DNA of 64,000 bases from Alphaproteobacteria bacterium (GTDB taxonomy: Bacteria > Pseudomonadota > Alphaproteobacteria > UBA828), in assembly GCA_965214705.1 (NCBI GenBank), contig OZ243972.1, positions 2,976,001 to 3,040,000 of the forward strand, in the 5' to 3' direction. The translations under genes and the position numbers were made by a program. Shown here piece after piece: positions 61,790 through 64,000 of this stretch; position 1 is the first letter of the stretch, and each line of letters starts with the position of its first letter. The notes beneath the pieces are model-generated. The model had not been told where the DNA came from. It worked only from the letters and a program-made list of their open reading frames with translations, and did not search any database.

Positions 61790-62625
61790 TGGCGTTCGCT
61801 CCCGGACGGGCCGTCATGCGCGCCCTCCCACGGATCCTCGCGGCGCTCGGCGTCTGGGCCGCGCTCGGAGCCTCCGCGGCGGGCGGGGAGTGGCGCCCCT
61901 GGTGCGGCGGTGCGCCGGGCGAGGGTCCGTCGCTCGGCTGGCACTTCTACTGCGACCGCGAGGAGGAGCGCGACGAGGAACAGGCGCCCGTTCTGTCCGC
62001 ACCGCCCTCTGCGTCCAAGACCGCCACGGCGCGGATCGCGACGATGCGCGTACGCCTGGAGGAGGCGCGCGCGGAGGCGATTCTCGACCCCACGCCGGAG
62101 AAGGTCGCGGCCTATCTCGCGCTCCAGCGCGATGCCTTGCAGCGCGCCGCCGTGTTCTCGGACGCCTTCCGCCGCACGGTGTGGGCGACGCCCGCGCTCG
62201 ACTACACGCTGACGCGTCCCGTGGGCGCGCTTGCCAAGCGGTTCTGGTCGGACGAGCGCCGGGGTGAGATCGCCGACGCGCTGGCGACGCTCGGGGAGCG
62301 CTACGGGCTGATCTATCTCGGCCATCCCGACTGCGGCGGCTGCCGGGTGTTCGGGCCACTGCTGCGCGCCTTCAGCCTCCGCCACGGCCTCGACGTGCTG
62401 GCCGTGTCGATGACCGGCGGCCCGCTCGAGGGCTGGCCCGAAGCGGTGCCCGACAACGGGCGGGCCGCCCGGCTCGGGCTCTCGGGCTCGCCGCTCCCCG
62501 CCGTCGCGCTGTTCGACACCAGGACGAAGCGGGCGCTGCCGGTCGGCTACGGCGTGCTCGCGGAAGACCAGCTGGCGGAGCGCATCTTCGTGCTGACGCG
62601 ACTGGAGACCGGCGATGACTATTGA
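61786..62625 (+). CDS. traF: F-type TraF (thioredoxin-like)
   Basis: GWHFYC, AILDPT, P.LDY, CGGC. Confidence 0.88.
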   Translation: MMAFAPGRAVMRALPRILAALGVWAALGASAAGGEWRPWCGGAPGEGPSLGWHFYCDREEERDEEQAPVLSAPPSASKTATARIATMRVRLEEARAEAILDPTPEKVAAYLALQRDALQRAAVFSDAFRRTVWATPALDYTLTRPVGALAKRFWSDERRGEIADALATLGERYGLIYLGHPDCGGCRVFGPLLRAFSLRHGLDVLAVSMTGGPLEGWPEAVPDNGRAARLGLSGSPLPAVALFDTRTKRALPVGYGVLAEDQLAERIFVLTRLETGDDY

Positions 62626-64000
62626 TGCAGGGAAGACCGCGATCGTCGCGGCGGCGATGTCGCTCGCCTTGACCGCCTCCGTGCCCGGCCGCGCCGACGT
62701 TCTCTCGGAGATGCAGTCCTTCTGGCAGGGCACGGTCTCGAACGTGACCGGCCCGACCGCCTTCGACGGCCAGGCCTCGGGTCACTGGACGCTCGGCAAC
62801 CTCTACATGCGGGCGCCTGTACGCTCCGAGCAGATCGCCACCGTCAACCTGCCTTCCTTTCGCGCCGGCTGCGGCGGCATCGACGCCTTCGCGGGCGCCT
62901 TCTCGTTCATCGATTCCGACCAGCTCGTGGCCTTCGCCCGCGCGGTCGCGCAGAACGCCGCCGGCTTCGCCTTCGAGCTCGCCCTGGAAACCATCTCGCC
63001 GGTGATCGCCGAGACCATGTCGAAGCTCCGCGCGCTGGCGCAATGGGTGAACAGCCAGAACCTGAACAGCTGCGAGACCGCCCAGGCGCTGGTGGGCGCG
63101 GCGTGGTCGAAGAACGACCGGGCGTCTGCGGCGATCTGCGCCGCCGTCGGGACCAGCCAGGGCATCTTCTCGGACTATGCCGCCGCCAAGCACGGCTGCG
63201 GCGCCGACGGCAAGAGGAACTCGACGCTGGCCTCGGCCTCCGGGGAAATCGCCGACCAGGTGCCGGTCAACGTCAACTACGCCTGGAAGGCGGTGCGGGC
63301 GTCGTCGTTGCTCTCGGGCGACACGGAGCTCGCCGAGTTCGCGATGTCGATCACCGGCACGGTGATCGTCACCGCGCCGACCTCGGACGGCGACGCGTCG
63401 GGCCCGAGGGTCCGCATCCTCGAGCCGCTCGCGCTGGACCGGCGCATCACCGAGGTGCTAATGGAGGGCGGCGGCGATCTCCCCGTCTACCGCTGCGACA
63501 CCGCGGATCTCTGCCTCAACCCGTCGCTCGGGCGGGCGAGCATCCCCGCGGGCCGGGGCTTCCGGAACCGCGTGGCGACGCTGCTGCGCGACCTGGTGGA
63601 CGCGGTCAGGGCGGACACTGCGCCGACGCCCGCCGCGCTCGGGCTGGTCAACCTCACGGCGCTCCCGGTCTACCGGGTCGCCAACGTCGCGGCCGCCTAC
63701 CGGGGCGCGGTGGTCGACCAGGAGATGGACGCGCTCGCCGAGGCCGTGGCGCTCGACGTGCTCCACGTCTGGCTCTCGGATTTGCACCGGACGGTGGAGG
63801 AGCGGGCGGGCGCCCTCGACATCGCCGACGGCGCGCAGCTCGAGCGTTGGCGCGAGGGTCTGAGGGCCAACCGTTCCGCGCTGGCCCGGCACCGCTCGGC
63901 GGGCCTCCGGCGCTTCAACACCGCGCTCGGGGTGATCGAGAAGCTCCGCCTGATCGAGACCGAGCTCGCGGGCGCGCTCAGCGCCGATCTCCGGGCCGCA
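62615..64000 (+). CDS. traH: TraH, partial (runs off right edge)
   Basis: Hand translation NVTGP..GQ..G..GNLY.R, LPSFRAGCGGIDAFAGAFSFI, NLNSCE. Confidence 0.9.
   Translation, partial: MTIDAGKTAIVAAAMSLALTASVPGRADVLSEMQSFWQGTVSNVTGPTAFDGQASGHWTLGNLYMRAPVRSEQIATVNLPSFRAGCGGIDAFAGAFSFIDSDQLVAFARAVAQNAAGFAFELALETISPVIAETMSKLRALAQWVNSQNLNSCETAQALVGAAWSKNDRASAAICAAVGTSQGIFSDYAAAKHGCGADGKRNSTLASASGEIADQVPVNVNYAWKAVRASSLLSGDTELAEFAMSITGTVIVTAPTSDGDASGPRVRILEPLALDRRITEVLMEGGGDLPVYRCDTADLCLNPSLGRASIPAGRGFRNRVATLLRDLVDAVRADTAPTPAALGLVNLTALPVYRVANVAAAYRGAVVDQEMDALAEAVALDVLHVWLSDLHRTVEERAGALDIADGAQLERWREGLRANRSALARHRSAGLRRFNTALGVIEKLRLIETELAGALSADLRAA

Noticed and set aside
1-64000. tRNA/rRNA genes or a tRNA-based att site
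   Set aside because: None recognised by eye; the element boundaries are not visible in this window

Overview
GC-rich, alphaproteobacterial-looking window dominated by a decaying F-type conjugative element (ICE or plasmid). From left to right it contains: a lower-GC IS1-family element with passenger genes; a DNA-architecture block (ihfA, an IS-split parE, HU, a triple cold-shock-domain protein, a Cys-repeat protein, ssb, a TOPRIM primase-like gene, DUF2493); a group II intron; a candidate oriT, an RHH-like gene and a relaxase relic; a co-oriented array of five arm-type tyrosine recombinases; a split PD-(D/E)XK nuclease; a phage-like CI/CI-paralog versus Cro-Xis switch; and an F-type tra operon (traA-L-E-K-B-V-C..trbI-peptidase-W-U-trbC-N-F-H, running off the right edge). 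Twelve mobile insertions are visible (IS1, 2x ISAs1, IS66, 3x IS1634, 2x integrase+IS91-like, 2x IS1595, group II intron), most with ends and target duplications readable in the sequence, and several are nested. The most unusual signal is a 15-bp pseudo-palindromic motif (AGACACTCGTGCCGG) present about 20 times inside tra-operon coding sequences, on both strands and in three reading frames. All family assignments come from motif recognition by eye, not database searches. Single-base frameshifts could be sequencing errors.
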